This document shows, piece after piece, positions 1-11,839 of a DNA stretch of 64,000 nt. The stretch is from Podarcis liolepis. Lineage: Eukaryota. Made by a program: the position numbers and the translations under genes. The notes beneath the pieces were generated by a model. It was not told the DNA's origin. It ran no database searches and saw only the letters and a program-made list of their open reading frames with translations. Where the stretch lies: the NCBI GenBank assembly GCA_965112155.1, contig OZ218099.1. One strand, 5' to 3'. The first letter of the stretch is position 1; each line of letters starts with the position of its first letter.

Positions 1-399
1 CATAGCCATCATTTATTTCCGTCCTGTCGTCTGTCATCTCGCGATTTTGTGCAAAGGGGAAAAGATGGGAAAGACACTGATCTGGTGTTTCATGAAAGAA
101 GAAACAACTAGAAAGAGAGGGAACTCCACCAGGAAACTCAAGACTGGCAGGTGGTTCCCAAATTCATTGATGCCGTTGCTTAGGTACATCTCTTAACAGG
201 TGAAAATCCCAATTTGGTAGAACAACGAGGCTAGAGACAGAGGGAATCTATAAAAGGACCTGCCAAAATAAACCTCTCTCTATTTCTACTCTGAACTTAG
301 AGAGCATGAAGGAAACAGTCTTTAGAATGAGTTGGGCATGGATTCTAACTCTCTTGAGCACCATTCTGCTGCAGTCCCTTATAAAATGAAAATACCTAC

Positions 400-611
400 C
401 TATTATTTTTATATTGCTGGCAGTTATAGCCCACCATTTTTCTCCAGGGTGGCATGTATGATTCTACCCCTCCTCCTTCAATCCCCCCAACAACCATGTG
501 AGGCTGAGAGGCAGTGACTGGCCCAAGTGAGCTTCATAGCCAGTTAGGATTTGAACTCTGATCTCCCAGGTCCTAGTCTGAAACTCTAACCACTGCACCA
601 CGCTGGCTCTC
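400..611 (-). mobile_element. tRNA-derived MIR/Squam3-like SINE, degraded
   Basis: Minus strand begins GAGAGCCAGCGTGGTGCAGTGGTTAGAG (A box) ... GAGTTCAAATCC (B box), followed by a core-like ctcagcctcacatggttgttg segment. Confidence 0.7.
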
Positions 612-883
612 AAGTAGCAATGTTGCTGTGAAGATACATGGAATAAGAATGGCAAAGAACTAAATTTCAGAGGATTGTATAAATGATAAGTAATGTTAAG
701 TATTTATTTGATTATTGGCTACTGTTCATCAGTAATGTTCCTTTTTACAGATTATACACAGAATCTGCTGTGAATCTAATGTGGATGAGTAAACACATGA
801 GTAAAAGTATGTGACTTCCCAGGGTTTCATCAATGTTCTCACTTGTATCTACTGCCCTAATGGCCTAACGTTGCATAACATGA

Positions 884-996
884 TTCAGGTAGGTAGCCGT
901 GTTGGCCTGATGCAGTCGAAATAAATAGCACCTTAGAGACCAACTAAGTTTGTTCTGGGTATAAGCTTCTATGCGCATGCACACTTCTTCAGATAC
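884..996 (-). mobile_element. Penelope-like element terminal fragment with degraded minimal hammerhead ribozyme
   Basis: ggtagccgtgttgg...gcaccttagagaccaactaagtttgttct...gcatgcacacttcttcagatac resembles the squamate PLE pseudo-LTR end. Minus strand reads gtat-CTGAAGA-stem-AGAA-gc-tt-atac. Confidence 0.7.
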
Positions 997-1869
997 CATG
1001 CTTATATGTCTTGCCATTTCAGGGCCCCATCAGCTGCAGTCATACAATATTTCATTTTAGAATATTTTCATTTTATCCTCTCATTTCCAGCATCCATCTT
1101 ACCATCCCCATTCATAAACTTCCCATCATGACAGTTTGGGCTGCAACCCTATGCAACCTCTCTCTGAAGTAATCTCCATCACCATCCACTGGACTGACTT
1201 CCAATCTGGGCCTGGGAGTTGCGAACAGTTTCTTATCTATACTCAAAGGAGAGCAGAGAATAATTGTGCTGGGTTTAGAAGCAGCTGTTTAGATGGCTGG
1301 CGTTAAAGCAGCTAGAAAATGTGGTAGCAATTTATGCCCAGCAATAACAGCAAGCTGCTATTTTAGCTTCATAAAAATGTAGTTACAAAATATTGTAACG
1401 TGCAGGCTGCAATGACTTTTACAATCCCTCGTAAAAATAATACTGCAACATTTTGTCATGATCAGCAACCAGTGCTTTTTCCCAAAGGCATTGGGACAGA
1501 GGAAGGAATCTCTGGCTCTGCTGTTCCAGCAGAGCCTGACATCCTGACACACAAAGCTTCCTCAAATTACAGACTGCGTTCACCCTAATTGTAGACTGGG
1601 TCACCTTTAATGTCCTGCCAGGAGGACATCCCAAGGTGGAACTCCCAGCAAGCCTGGAAGGATGTTTGAAGTTATACACCACATCAAACATACAGATGAG
1701 ATGAGTGAATTGCCCAGCTCCTCACTGGCCTGGTTTAGAAGAACTACAGATGTGCTGGATAATGCTATGCAAAGGATGGTATCTTGCCAACCGACTGCCA
1801 AGGGAAAACTTCCTTTAGCCTCACAGGACGGTACTGTGAGGTACCTACAAGATCTTACAAAGATAAAGG

Positions 1870-2582
1870 GGTAATGTCAGTTTAGTGGTTAATGTGTGTA
1901 ACAACCAGCTATTGTGCACATTCACCATGTCTCATGGAGAATGTGTACATAATTTGTCCAAGAAGAGGGAATTGTGTGCATTCATTGCATACATGATCTC
2001 CTACTGACCTTAGGCAATGTGCATATATTGACTGAATTTTGTACACTCTTTGGCCATTATGCATAATCCCTGACAGGGCTTGAAGAGTATGCATTTTCCA
2101 CTGCATTTTGTACATACCCCACAGACAATGTGCACATTCTCTAGTCCAAATGTTAGCCTCCAAGAAACATGCCCTTGTTTTCTATCGCTAATCCAGATAT
2201 GTGCAATCTGTGCCCCTCAGGCTGCTCCTGACCTATTGTCGAATCCTACATGGCACTCAGCATACCCTCCCACTGAGCAGCTGAGCAGTGAAAATAAGGC
2301 ATGAGGCTCCATAGAAAAATTAACTTCCTTTGCAGTTCAGATGCCTTTCCTTCACACTCAGCTGTTCCCCAGTTAGTGGAGTGCCACAGGAGAGATTGCG
2401 CACAATGGCCGCAAAATGTACAAACTTCAGTCAATATATGCATGTTCCGCAAGCCCTGGTGGACATTTTTTACATGAACTCAGATATGTGCCCAGTTCCA
2501 TGGGCAGGTTATATGCACATTTTCCATGAGGTCTGCATGATAGCCAGTTGTTCTGCACATTAACTGCTCAACTTACATTATC
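1870..2582. mobile_element. Old ~710 bp imperfect palindrome (probable non-autonomous DNA transposon)
   Basis: Reverse complement of the left end (cattaaccactaaactgacattaccc) resembles the right end (cattaactgctcaacttacattatct). Pairing continues inward, with many internal TGTGCACA-like motifs. Confidence 0.55.
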
Positions 2583-3116
2583 TAACATAGATGATAGATA
2601 TAGAACCATATTCAGCTAACCCAGCAGAAGCCAGCGTAAGGATTCTGGTGAACACAACTGGGTTTTCTCCCCTCTCTCTCCTCTGCATCCCACCATGCCT
2701 CCCCCAAATCCACTCTGGGGGGTCAGGAGAGCCCACAAAGTTTGTGCAAGGGGAGGAGATGAACGTTGATTCTGTTTTGCAAGCAGAAATGTTTGTGCTG
2801 ATGAAACAACCATCTTAGTGCTATGTTGCATCCTTCCCATAGATATACATACTGAAATGCCCAAAGACTACAAAATGCCTTGACTCCTCCATTCAAAACA
2901 CTCAAAATGGATCTCCTACTCTTCCTAGCCATTAGCTCCCACTGAGGAAACATCCACCAACCATTCACTAGCCTGACAAAAGGAATAGAAGTATGCTTCA
3001 CTGAGACCAAAGAGATCCATCTCTAATTGATGTATTTGGAATTGAGAATTCCTTGAGAGCAGGCAGAACAGATGACTTTTTGGGTATATCTTTCATTGGT
3101 ACCTCAAAACCTCTAT

Positions 3117-3142
3117 TCTTCCTTCCTTCCTTCCTTCCTTCC
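3117..3142. repeat. (CTTC)n microsatellite
   Basis: Direct reading. Confidence 0.9.
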
Positions 3143-4201
3143 TGAAGTGTGCATTTGCTGTACTGTGCTAGCTTTCCTTCGACAGTGCTTAATAACTCCC
3201 ACATTCACAGAGGTTGTATAAGCAATCTGGAGTAAGATTTATCACCACTTTAACCCTTCAGGATCATTACCCTGAGACTTTGAGACTAACCAGAAATGCT
3301 ATGACAACTTCCACTCAGGCAGTAATTAAACACTTTTTAAAGATGTGTCACAGCCACCAGAGGAGCAGCAAATTGGCATCATGCCACCCATCGGCATTAT
3401 TATATTGTCAACAGCCAGGCTTTCTCTCTTGAGGAATCTTGCCTCTGTGCTCTCCCAACTACTTTCCCTTTATTAGTAAAGTGTCATCTCAGGCTCCGGG
3501 GAGAAGGTTCAATGCTGAGCGTTGTAGCATGGGGCTGAAAAGTTTGAGGAAAGCCTGGCTGGATCAAAAAGCGTGTGCAGAAGTTGTATCCTAAGTCAAG
3601 TTTTCTGCAGACCTACATCACAGCTGAAGGAAACTGACTGACTGAGAGAAGAAAACTGGAACCATTCCTAGGGACTCCTGCAGAAACAGCCCCCCAAGTC
3701 AGAAGCTGTGAGATATTCATAGGGTTTGGCTACATCACACCTGGGGTATTTAGTTGAACAGTATTTCATTTATGGCTTTCATCTTATTTTTATTCTACCT
3801 TTATTACCTGTAGAAATGTAGGCTCAAGAGTGATAAATAAAATAAGCAGGGAACTCAGGATGTAAAAGTCTAGGCTCTCTTGGTCATAGAATGCACGGGA
3901 TCCACCTCGATCACCCCTTCAAACCATCACTGAGGCCTTAGCCATAAGAGTCCATTAAAAGTCCCCATTTCTTTGGGGACAGCTTCCCAGGTTCTAGAAA
4001 CTTATTATTATTATTATTATTTGAATTTATATAACGCCCTATACCCATAGGTCTCAGAAGGAGCAAGGTCAAACTCTCAGTTGTTTACCACTCAGCCATA
4101 TGTTTTTATTTTATTATGTATTATTAAATTGTATTCATTCCCCTATATAAGTTTGATTTCAACTATGCTTTTTTTGTGGGGGAGAGGCTGGAAGGCTTGG
4201 T

Positions 4202-4355
4202 GCCTGGATAGCTCAGTTGGTTAGAGTGTGGTGCTGATAATGCCAAGGTTGCAGGTTTGATCCCCATATGGGATAGCTGCATATTCCTGCACTGCAGGGA
4301 GGTGGACTAGATAATCCTCAGGGTCCCTTCCAACTCTGATAATTCTATAATTCCT
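4202..4355 (+). mobile_element. tRNA-Ile-derived SINE with CR1-type 3' tail
   Basis: Head tagctcagttggttagagtgtggtgctgataatgccaaggttgcaggtttgatcccc resembles tRNA-Ile. Tail ggtcccttccaactct..attctataattc is CR1-like. Confidence 0.8.
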
Positions 4356-4482
4356 ATGTGGTAAGGCTCCAGGTCCCATTAGCTGCACCCAGTATGGTCT
4401 GTGAACAGGGATGGTGTGAGCTGGAGTCCAATAACACCTGAATGGTATACAGGTTTTGCCATGGGTTCTGCCTGCTATACTG

Positions 4483-4487
<5 letters not shown>

Positions 4488-4524
<37 letters not shown>
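4488..4524. repeat. (CA)n microsatellite
   Basis: Direct reading. Confidence 0.95.
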
Positions 4525-4526
<2 letters not shown>

Positions 4527-5405
4527 ACACCAAAGAACCTCCCAAAATGAGAGGCTCTAACCTGAGGTCTTCCCTTGTAGCCATGGGGCCTCATAGGCCT
4601 ATCCAAGTACCAGAATTTTTTCATTTCAAGAGTTGGGAAGATTTTTTGTAAAATGCTTTATAATTTGTGGGTGGCTGACCGAGCATGCAGATGGTTACAT
4701 ATAGTCATTTTATTATCTTTACTTTAAAGAACGTCATCATTTTCTACAATGAAAAGAGAGTTCATTTCCAAATAAATGTGTTTTGCATCAAGGCAGCAGA
4801 TGCAAACTCCGGTTTTATTCCTGTATTCACAATGGCCCTGTATTGAAGCTGGTTTTAAATGCAAAACTCAGAGTATTGTTTTAAAAAAACCAAGAGTTTG
4901 CAAACCGGGTTTGTTTGTTGCCCTCACATATCAGGAATATGGAAGTAGTTGTAAAGCATGAAATGGCAGAGGGGCCGGGAGAAGGAAAATATTAATTTTA
5001 ATTAATGTGGATTTTAATGTGTGCTTCTCAACTTCTCATACACATGGCCATCTAAATAGGTGTGTGGGTGTGTTATAAGATGGTTATGTCCAGGATTTAA
5101 AATTATCTTGCTGCACCACTGCACTCATGATAAAAAATATGCATGATAACAGGCGTGCTTGTATTCTCTTTGTGTTGAAAGATCATAGTGGTGGCAACAG
5201 CACAGAGCAGACAAGGGGAAGGCTAGATTTCAGGGGCTTCTGGTGCAAGCTTCAGCCACTAGCACTGAATACTTGGAAGCAGGTAACACAAATAGTCATG
5301 AAGTCAGGGTATTGCTAGGAAAGGCATGAGTAACAAAGACCTGGTTCTCACTTTGGTTGGAAACCTGTCTAGAATGTGCCACTTCAAAATGTAAGCAGTA
5401 CTCAC

Positions 5406-5661
5406 CAGTATCATATGGTGGAGTTGGATGATGGAACCCTCTTGTCCCCTAGTCGGCTGCATCCCGGCTGATTACCAAGAGGGAGAGGGGATGGGCGAGA
5501 TGCCAGCAAGGTCAGCATAGTCAGCAAGGTGCAAACACGCCAGCAGGAGTGCCAGATTGGCTCTGCCAGTGCATTTGCACCACACTAAACACACCAATCT
5601 TGCTGTTGCCTCACCTGGAGGTCAGATGAGCACTGCTGCCCCACTCCACTTTCAGCTACTG
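5406..5661. mobile_element. hAT-type MITE
   Basis: CAGTA...TACTG ends; 8-bp TSD gtactcac (5398-5405) / gtgctcac (5662-5669). Confidence 0.6.
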
Positions 5662-6430
5662 GTGCTCACATGACTGACTGCTCTTCCCAACAAAAATACA
5701 ATCTGATAAATCCCCACACACAGAATAACAGATTTCATGGAGAGCAGTTCTGCCTAGCCTTCTCCCCGACATCTAATTTTTCAGTGCAGACAGTTATAAA
5801 GAATGTTTCAGTCATGTAAACCCCTATCTTCTGGCTGAAGTCACAACCCAAGCCCAGATTCCCCCACCACAGTCAAAAATAAGACACCATGGAATTCAGT
5901 CCGTTAGAGTTTTATTCATTGCATCACTGCTCAAACCGGGATTCTTTTTATTAAAACAAAATGGAATGCCAACAGCAAAAGAGGTGGCTCAGCAATAAAG
6001 GCCAACTGTAAATTGTTCCAATCTGCTTGCCTTAAACAAGCAAGCACAACTTGGCAAGGACGGGTAATTGAAAACAATTGTGAGAGGGTTTGCTTTGGAG
6101 ACCTGTGCCATCCTTGATTAAATAACCCATTTCTTGGTACATGCTGCATAGAAGCGATGGAAACAATAGTTGGCTCAAAGTCATGTGTGAACAGTTGGCT
6201 TGCTGCGTTGCATGTAATTCTGTGGTTTTGTCTCTGTGTTTTTGAGTTTTCTGTTAATCCCTGAGAAGGAAAGAAACAAGCCAAGCAAAGTGGTGGTGGA
6301 TCAACTTCCTCTGGTGACAAGCGTGCACATTTTTTTATCATTTCACAGAGCTCTTTTCTGCTTCACAATGAGATTGGCGTAAACCATAGTCTTTCAAGCC
6401 TTCAGGGGACATGTTTCAAATCAGCTAGCC

Positions 6431-7110
6431 TGTCAGGGAACCCCCAAAATTTGCCCTGGAAGCCTCACACATTGCAGAGGTTTCTAAGGCTTGTTGGAGG
6501 GTGTGTACTCATGCTTTGGAGGGGGCATTCATGCCAGGGTCACCTAACATACCCCTCCAGGATTCCCTGGAGGAAAATGTTCACCCTAGCAAATCCCAGC
6601 ACCCCCAGCAATTCAAAGACACCCACTCTTCTAGCACAGCCTTCAAGGGACTCCACACCACTTGCCCAGGCTCCCAGCTAGATTATGAAGCACTCCTCCT
6701 TCCTCTAGCAAAGGGGCTCCTGGGCTGCTGATGGACTGCCTAACTAGAAACACATGGGGTCCCTTTGCATAAGACTAATCAGGAGAAGGGGTGAGCTTTG
6801 TAAGTGTGTGCCTGGACTGGAGCCAGAAAGGGTGCAGCCTCCAGCTCATATAAAAACTCTCAGTTTAACTCAGGGAATTGCTGGTGCAATAGCTTCCTTG
6901 GGTTTCTCTGCCAGGCTCTCCTTTGTGATCAATCAGTTTCTCAGTTTGCGCCCTCTCTATGGACTGTGAAATGGACCACTGTTGCCCTCACAGTTGACTG
7001 ATGTGTGTAGTATAAGAAACACCCAATGTTCCCTACATCTACTTATTCTGGAGTGTGCATTATTTCCATGTATGGGGTGAATAAAGAGGTAAATAGTGAT
7101 GATTCTCACC
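6431..7110 (+). mobile_element. Possible degraded solo LTR
   Basis: TGT start, TATAAAAA near 6850, AATAAA near 7080 and LTR-like composition; no TSD confirmed. Confidence 0.3.
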
Positions 7111-8029
7111 CTCCAGTATCAAAGCACAATCTGAATAACACATGCACAAGTTGGATCAGCGATTTTTGGATTACCCCATTTTCAGATTACCCATGAATCA
7201 GGAAAAAACAGTACAGAGTGGCTCAGGGGTCAACTTACAGATCTAAGTGGAGAACACATGGAGTGACTCAGAAACAGAACAGAATTTTTAAAAATTCACA
7301 GATATAACTACAAAGTGAATCTTGGAGCCCATGTACACGCCTCAGATTTACTGTTTTGTTTTGTTTTTTCTAATCATGGATAGTGTTGTGTTTGGTCTTC
7401 CACTGCCCTTGCTGAATTGGAGAGATCGTATCCCTGAGCTTTTAAAGGGAATTTTCAGGATTTATTTCCTTTGAAGAGCAGAAGATTAGGACTGCAGATG
7501 TAACAGTACCTAAACTGAAAATTAATACCTGCCTGGAGGAGAATATTCAGTGAACTGAAGTCATTTGTTCCAAAGACATTTGCGAACAAGTGGTCATCAA
7601 AGACAAATGTAGTGTTTGTTATTATTGGGGCCTGCACAAAGTATAGGGTGCCCTTCTCTGTGCATTGTACATAACTCCATTGACCCCTCTGTGGAGGAGG
7701 AGAATCTTCTGAGACTCTAAGCCTGGCGGCAGCAGCTCAAAACCTTTAAGAGAGGATTCTGATGAACAGCGACCACTGCTAGGTATCTACCCAGTGCTTA
7801 AAGAGAACACATGGCATGATGCCATTGTACTCAGAGTATTGCTGTCACTTCTTCAGTTGACTTCCACTTGTGAAAGGTGGAAAAACTTTGTGCATAATGA
7901 TGTAATACCACACATCTTTCAATGTTGACCACTAGCTATGCTGGATAGGGCTAGTGGGATTTGGGGTTGAACAATATTTGGAGGGCCACAGGTTCCCCAT
8001 CCCAGTTTTAAATATTTTCTGCTCAACAC

Positions 8030-8063
8030 ACAACAACAACAACAACAACAACATATTCAACAC

Positions 8064-8110
<47 letters not shown>
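8030..8110. repeat. (AAC)n then (AAT)n compound microsatellite
   Basis: Direct reading; sits at an L2 tail. Confidence 0.95.
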
Positions 8111-8325
8111 TTATACCCCGCCCATCTGGCTGGGTTTCCCCAGCCACTCTGGGCGGCTTCCAACAAAATATTAAAAATACAATAAAACATCAGACATTAA
8201 AAACTTCCCTAAGCAGGGCTGCCTTCAGATGTCTTCTAAAAGTCAGATAGTTGTTTATTTCTTTGACATCTGATGTGAGTGCTTTCTACAGGGCAGGCGC
8301 CACTACCAAGAAGGCCCTCTGCTCT
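8065..8325 (-). mobile_element. L2 LINE 3' end with (TAA)n tail
   Basis: tttataccccgcccatctggctgggtttccccagccactctgggcggcttccaac...gaaggccctctgc; close copies at 36470-36805 and 49050-49175. Confidence 0.75.
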
Positions 8326-9478
8326 CTCGGTTCTGAGAACAATAATGCTATAAGGCAGCCTTCTCCAAACAGGTGGTTTCCCGATGTCTTGGTCTACACT
8401 TCCCATCTGTGCTGGCTAGCTTGGCCAATGGTCAAGGTTGATGGGCATTGCAGTTCAAAACTTCTGGAAGGCAACAAGGTTGGGGCAGGCTGCTTGAAGT
8501 GTAGAAGATTAAAATTATGTTAAAGATGGAAAAGAATTGGGCATGTGTATGTGTGCGTGTGCACATGCAAGCAGATACACCAGACTATTTTTTTACCATT
8601 GAAGTGTTCTCCTGTAGTTGCTGGTGTGCTCCAGTGATGGGAATGGCAAGTGATTTCAGTGATGTTCAGAAATCCTTTTTCTGAGTGGTTGGCTGTGATC
8701 TTTCTGCAGATGACCTAAACACTTTCATAGCTATGAATCTGGAAACGAACCATGCAAAAAGAGATTACTGCTTCAGGATTCATCACATGGGATGGATGAA
8801 AAATGAGACGACTGAGCATGCTGGAATGAAGTCAGCAAGTGGGCGAAAATGAGGAAATGTAGACTCGGGAATCCACAGATTTGCTGGAGGGAGAAGATGC
8901 CATATCCAGATGCCAGCCCAGGATGCTGGGTAATGTTACCAAACAATCAAAAGTGAGAAGGCTTTCGAGTTTAATAGTCCTTAGTCACAGTCATTTCCCT
9001 GACTTTGACCATATCGTTTTCTCTACGCCAATCTCACTGGTTACTTCTGCAAAAGATATCTAAAGTCACTGGCTCTCTCACACACATTTTAATAATGACA
9101 TCAATGGACTAAGAGCAAATATATCAGTGCTCCCCATCAAAAGCTATCGTAAGGCCCCAATCTTGTTTAACAGGAATGTGTTGGTGCTCAGCACTTTAGA
9201 TAAACATAAGCGTGCCTCAGCAGGCTTTAATTTGTCATTAATGAAGCCACACTCGCAGTGTCATTGGAATTTACTGACTTAATTAAACCCGTTCTTGTCA
9301 TTTCTCACCGGAATGGAACAGAAGCTTCAGTCTCACTACTGATGTTTCCACATTCCTATAACCTGAAGCATGGAAATGGCTTTTGCAGGGTTCTGGAACT
9401 CTGCTAGTCAATATCTATCCTTCAAATCTCCCCAAGACCAAAGGTGCATGGTCATGACCCATGTGGACCCTCTTATAG

Positions 9479-9601
9479 CAGGGAAGGGGAACCTGTGGGC
9501 CTCCAGATGTTCCATCATCTCTGACCATTGATCATGTTGTCTGTTGCTGGTGGGATTTGGGGTCCAACAATATCTGGACAACCACAGGTCCCACATCCCT
9601 G
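9479..9601. mobile_element. hAT (Charlie-like) MITE of the abundant ccagatgtt..cccatca family
   Basis: CAGGG...CCCTG ends; TSD tcttatag/ccttatag. Degraded relatives at ~4355, 7925, 8360, 17410, 18630, 26578, 38235 and 38825. Confidence 0.75.
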
Positions 9602-9944
9602 CCTTATAGTCTGTGTGGAAGACCAAAGAGTGCTGCAGGGGCAATGCAAATGTCACCATTCCTAAATGAGGGCAAAATGCAGTATTAAACAAAAAGTTTA
9701 AATTGAAATGCTAAAAAGGCACACGTGGTGCTATCATACATGGATTTATTTACATAGCTGGATTTATGTTCAAAAGCATCAAAGCAGGCCCTGATTCATT
9801 CCTGCTCTATGTTTCTGTGTTTAAACCATGGAGGCAGGCTTCTTATTGTGTTCTGTTTTAATTTCTACTTTGGTTCTTTGTAATAATAAGACTAGGACTA
9901 TAGTATTGTTACACTTGACCCCAATTTTTATGGTTTAAACTTTT

Positions 9945-9968
9945 ATAGTAGTAGTAGTAGTAGTAGTA

Positions 9969-10015
<47 letters not shown>
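9945..10015. repeat. (AGT)n(AAT)n compound microsatellite
   Basis: Direct reading. Confidence 0.95.
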
Positions 10016-10016
<1 letters not shown>

Positions 10017-10460
10017 GCCCACACTTCACCAAAAGGTCCTGGAACAGCTTATGAAAATAGCAAAACTAGCACAAATGAGGAGGTGGGAGAAACACGGCCT
10101 AATTAAAATACAAGATTTAAAATTATAAATTGGCTCAAAGGGGAATTCATTATAGGGTTGCACAGGCATTTTATGCCCATTTGAAAATAGAACCTAAAAA
10201 TCACTAAATATATTTTAGAAACCTGCCTGCAAATGTTTACAACAGTCAAGTAAGGATAATCTTGATATAAATGATGTGGTTCCTCACTAGGGATGGGTGC
10301 GTATTTCTATTCATTCCACAATTTGGAGTGGACCTCCCTGGTCCACATTCAGTGAATCGTGCCTGGATCAGAAGCCAGACACGCATATTAGATTGCATGT
10401 CTACAAACTCCTTCCAAACTTGACTTCTCATTTTACAAGATGGCTCAAGTCATCTCCGGC

Positions 10461-10508
<48 letters not shown>

Positions 10509-10510
10509 TT
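10461..10510. repeat. (TTTC)n microsatellite
   Basis: Direct reading. Confidence 0.95.
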
Positions 10511-11639
10511 AAAAATCATATCTAGCAGCTTGGAGCAGCCATAAAGTGCATTGACCGCTGTGCTTGTTGAAAACTTTTTTTCTGCCAACATCTGGAGAGT
10601 CCCAACACCTGCTCTAACTGCTACACAACACCATCACCTTTGCCTTCATGGCATACCCAACCAGGGTCAATTGTGGCTGTTCGACACCGTGATTCAGGCT
10701 TGTTACAAATCACAACATAAGAATCGCTGTAAGAGTACTTATTTTGGTCACAGCAGGGGTTTTGGCTTTCCAGGATATTACTACTACTTTGGTTTTTGAC
10801 AGCATTTTGGAGTGTTGAAAACATTTCACATACATTTCTTTATAACAACCTGAAAATAGGTCAGAATTATTTTCCCCATCTTGCAAATGGCAGGGGTAGG
10901 AGCTGAAGCTCAACTCACTAATTCGCCTTACTGAGTTTGCGGCAGATACAAGTTTTAAATTGAGGGCTTCCTGGTTCACGGCTCAGCCTCTTAGCCATTG
11001 AGCTATATGAGCTCTCATCTGTATCAGAACTAAAAAATACATTTACGTGACAGTTCTCCCAGTATTTCATTCTCTCTCTTTCTTTAGCACATGGCTCTGA
11101 CTCTGTAGTGTAGGAGAAAAGCGAGCTAAGAATTGGCCTCAAATATATTTAAGCTTCATTTCAGTTCTTCGGAGTTCAAGGTGCTAAGTTTAATCTTTCA
11201 GAGCTGATTACCATTACAGATGCATGTTCTTGGGAGACAGACCCTTATCCAAAAAGGCATGAAAGTGCAATGTGACCGCTAGACTAAATGCATCTGTCGC
11301 AGAAGTTTGGTATCGAGAACAAACTTCTAAAAGTAACTCCTGACACCATGAGAATTGTCCCTCTGAAGCAGTTGTATGTTGCATGACAGCTTTGACCTTA
11401 AGTTTTCATGGCAGCTTGTTTGGGGAAAGAGTGCCATTCCTGAGCCTGCTGTCTTACCTTCCAGTGTAATATGAGAAGGCTCAAAGGCCACAATTTCTCT
11501 GGGCAACACTTTGGGAACTACAGGTCAAAGGGAAAAAAGGGGGCGGAGCAGTAAATATGACTGTTATCATTGTACAGTAGACTACATTCTAGCCACGCAA
11601 AGTCAGAGGTTTCTACACAATCCACACAGAGAGAGAAAC

Positions 11640-11839
11640 CCTCCCTCCAGGCATGCAAGATTATCACACTTCAAGCCAGGCAAAAGGGCTTGAGGGTGCA
11701 GAACAGAGCCATAGAGGGGGTGTGGCCTGAGAAGGGGTGTGGCTTAGGAAGGGGTGTGGCCTGGAGAGAATCCCAAAGGCAGGAGAAAGAAGTTTGGAGA
11801 TCCACATTTCCCCCCTCGGCCTGAGGTTCCCTACTCCTG
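11640..11839. mobile_element. hAT-like element fragment
   Basis: Repeated ggggtgtggc subterminal motifs; ends gaggttccctactcctg. Confidence 0.5.

Noticed and set aside
4202-4275. Functional tRNA-Ile gene
   Set aside because: Stems carry CpG-decay mismatches, there is no oligo-T terminator, and it continues into a CR1-like tail, so it is a SINE.
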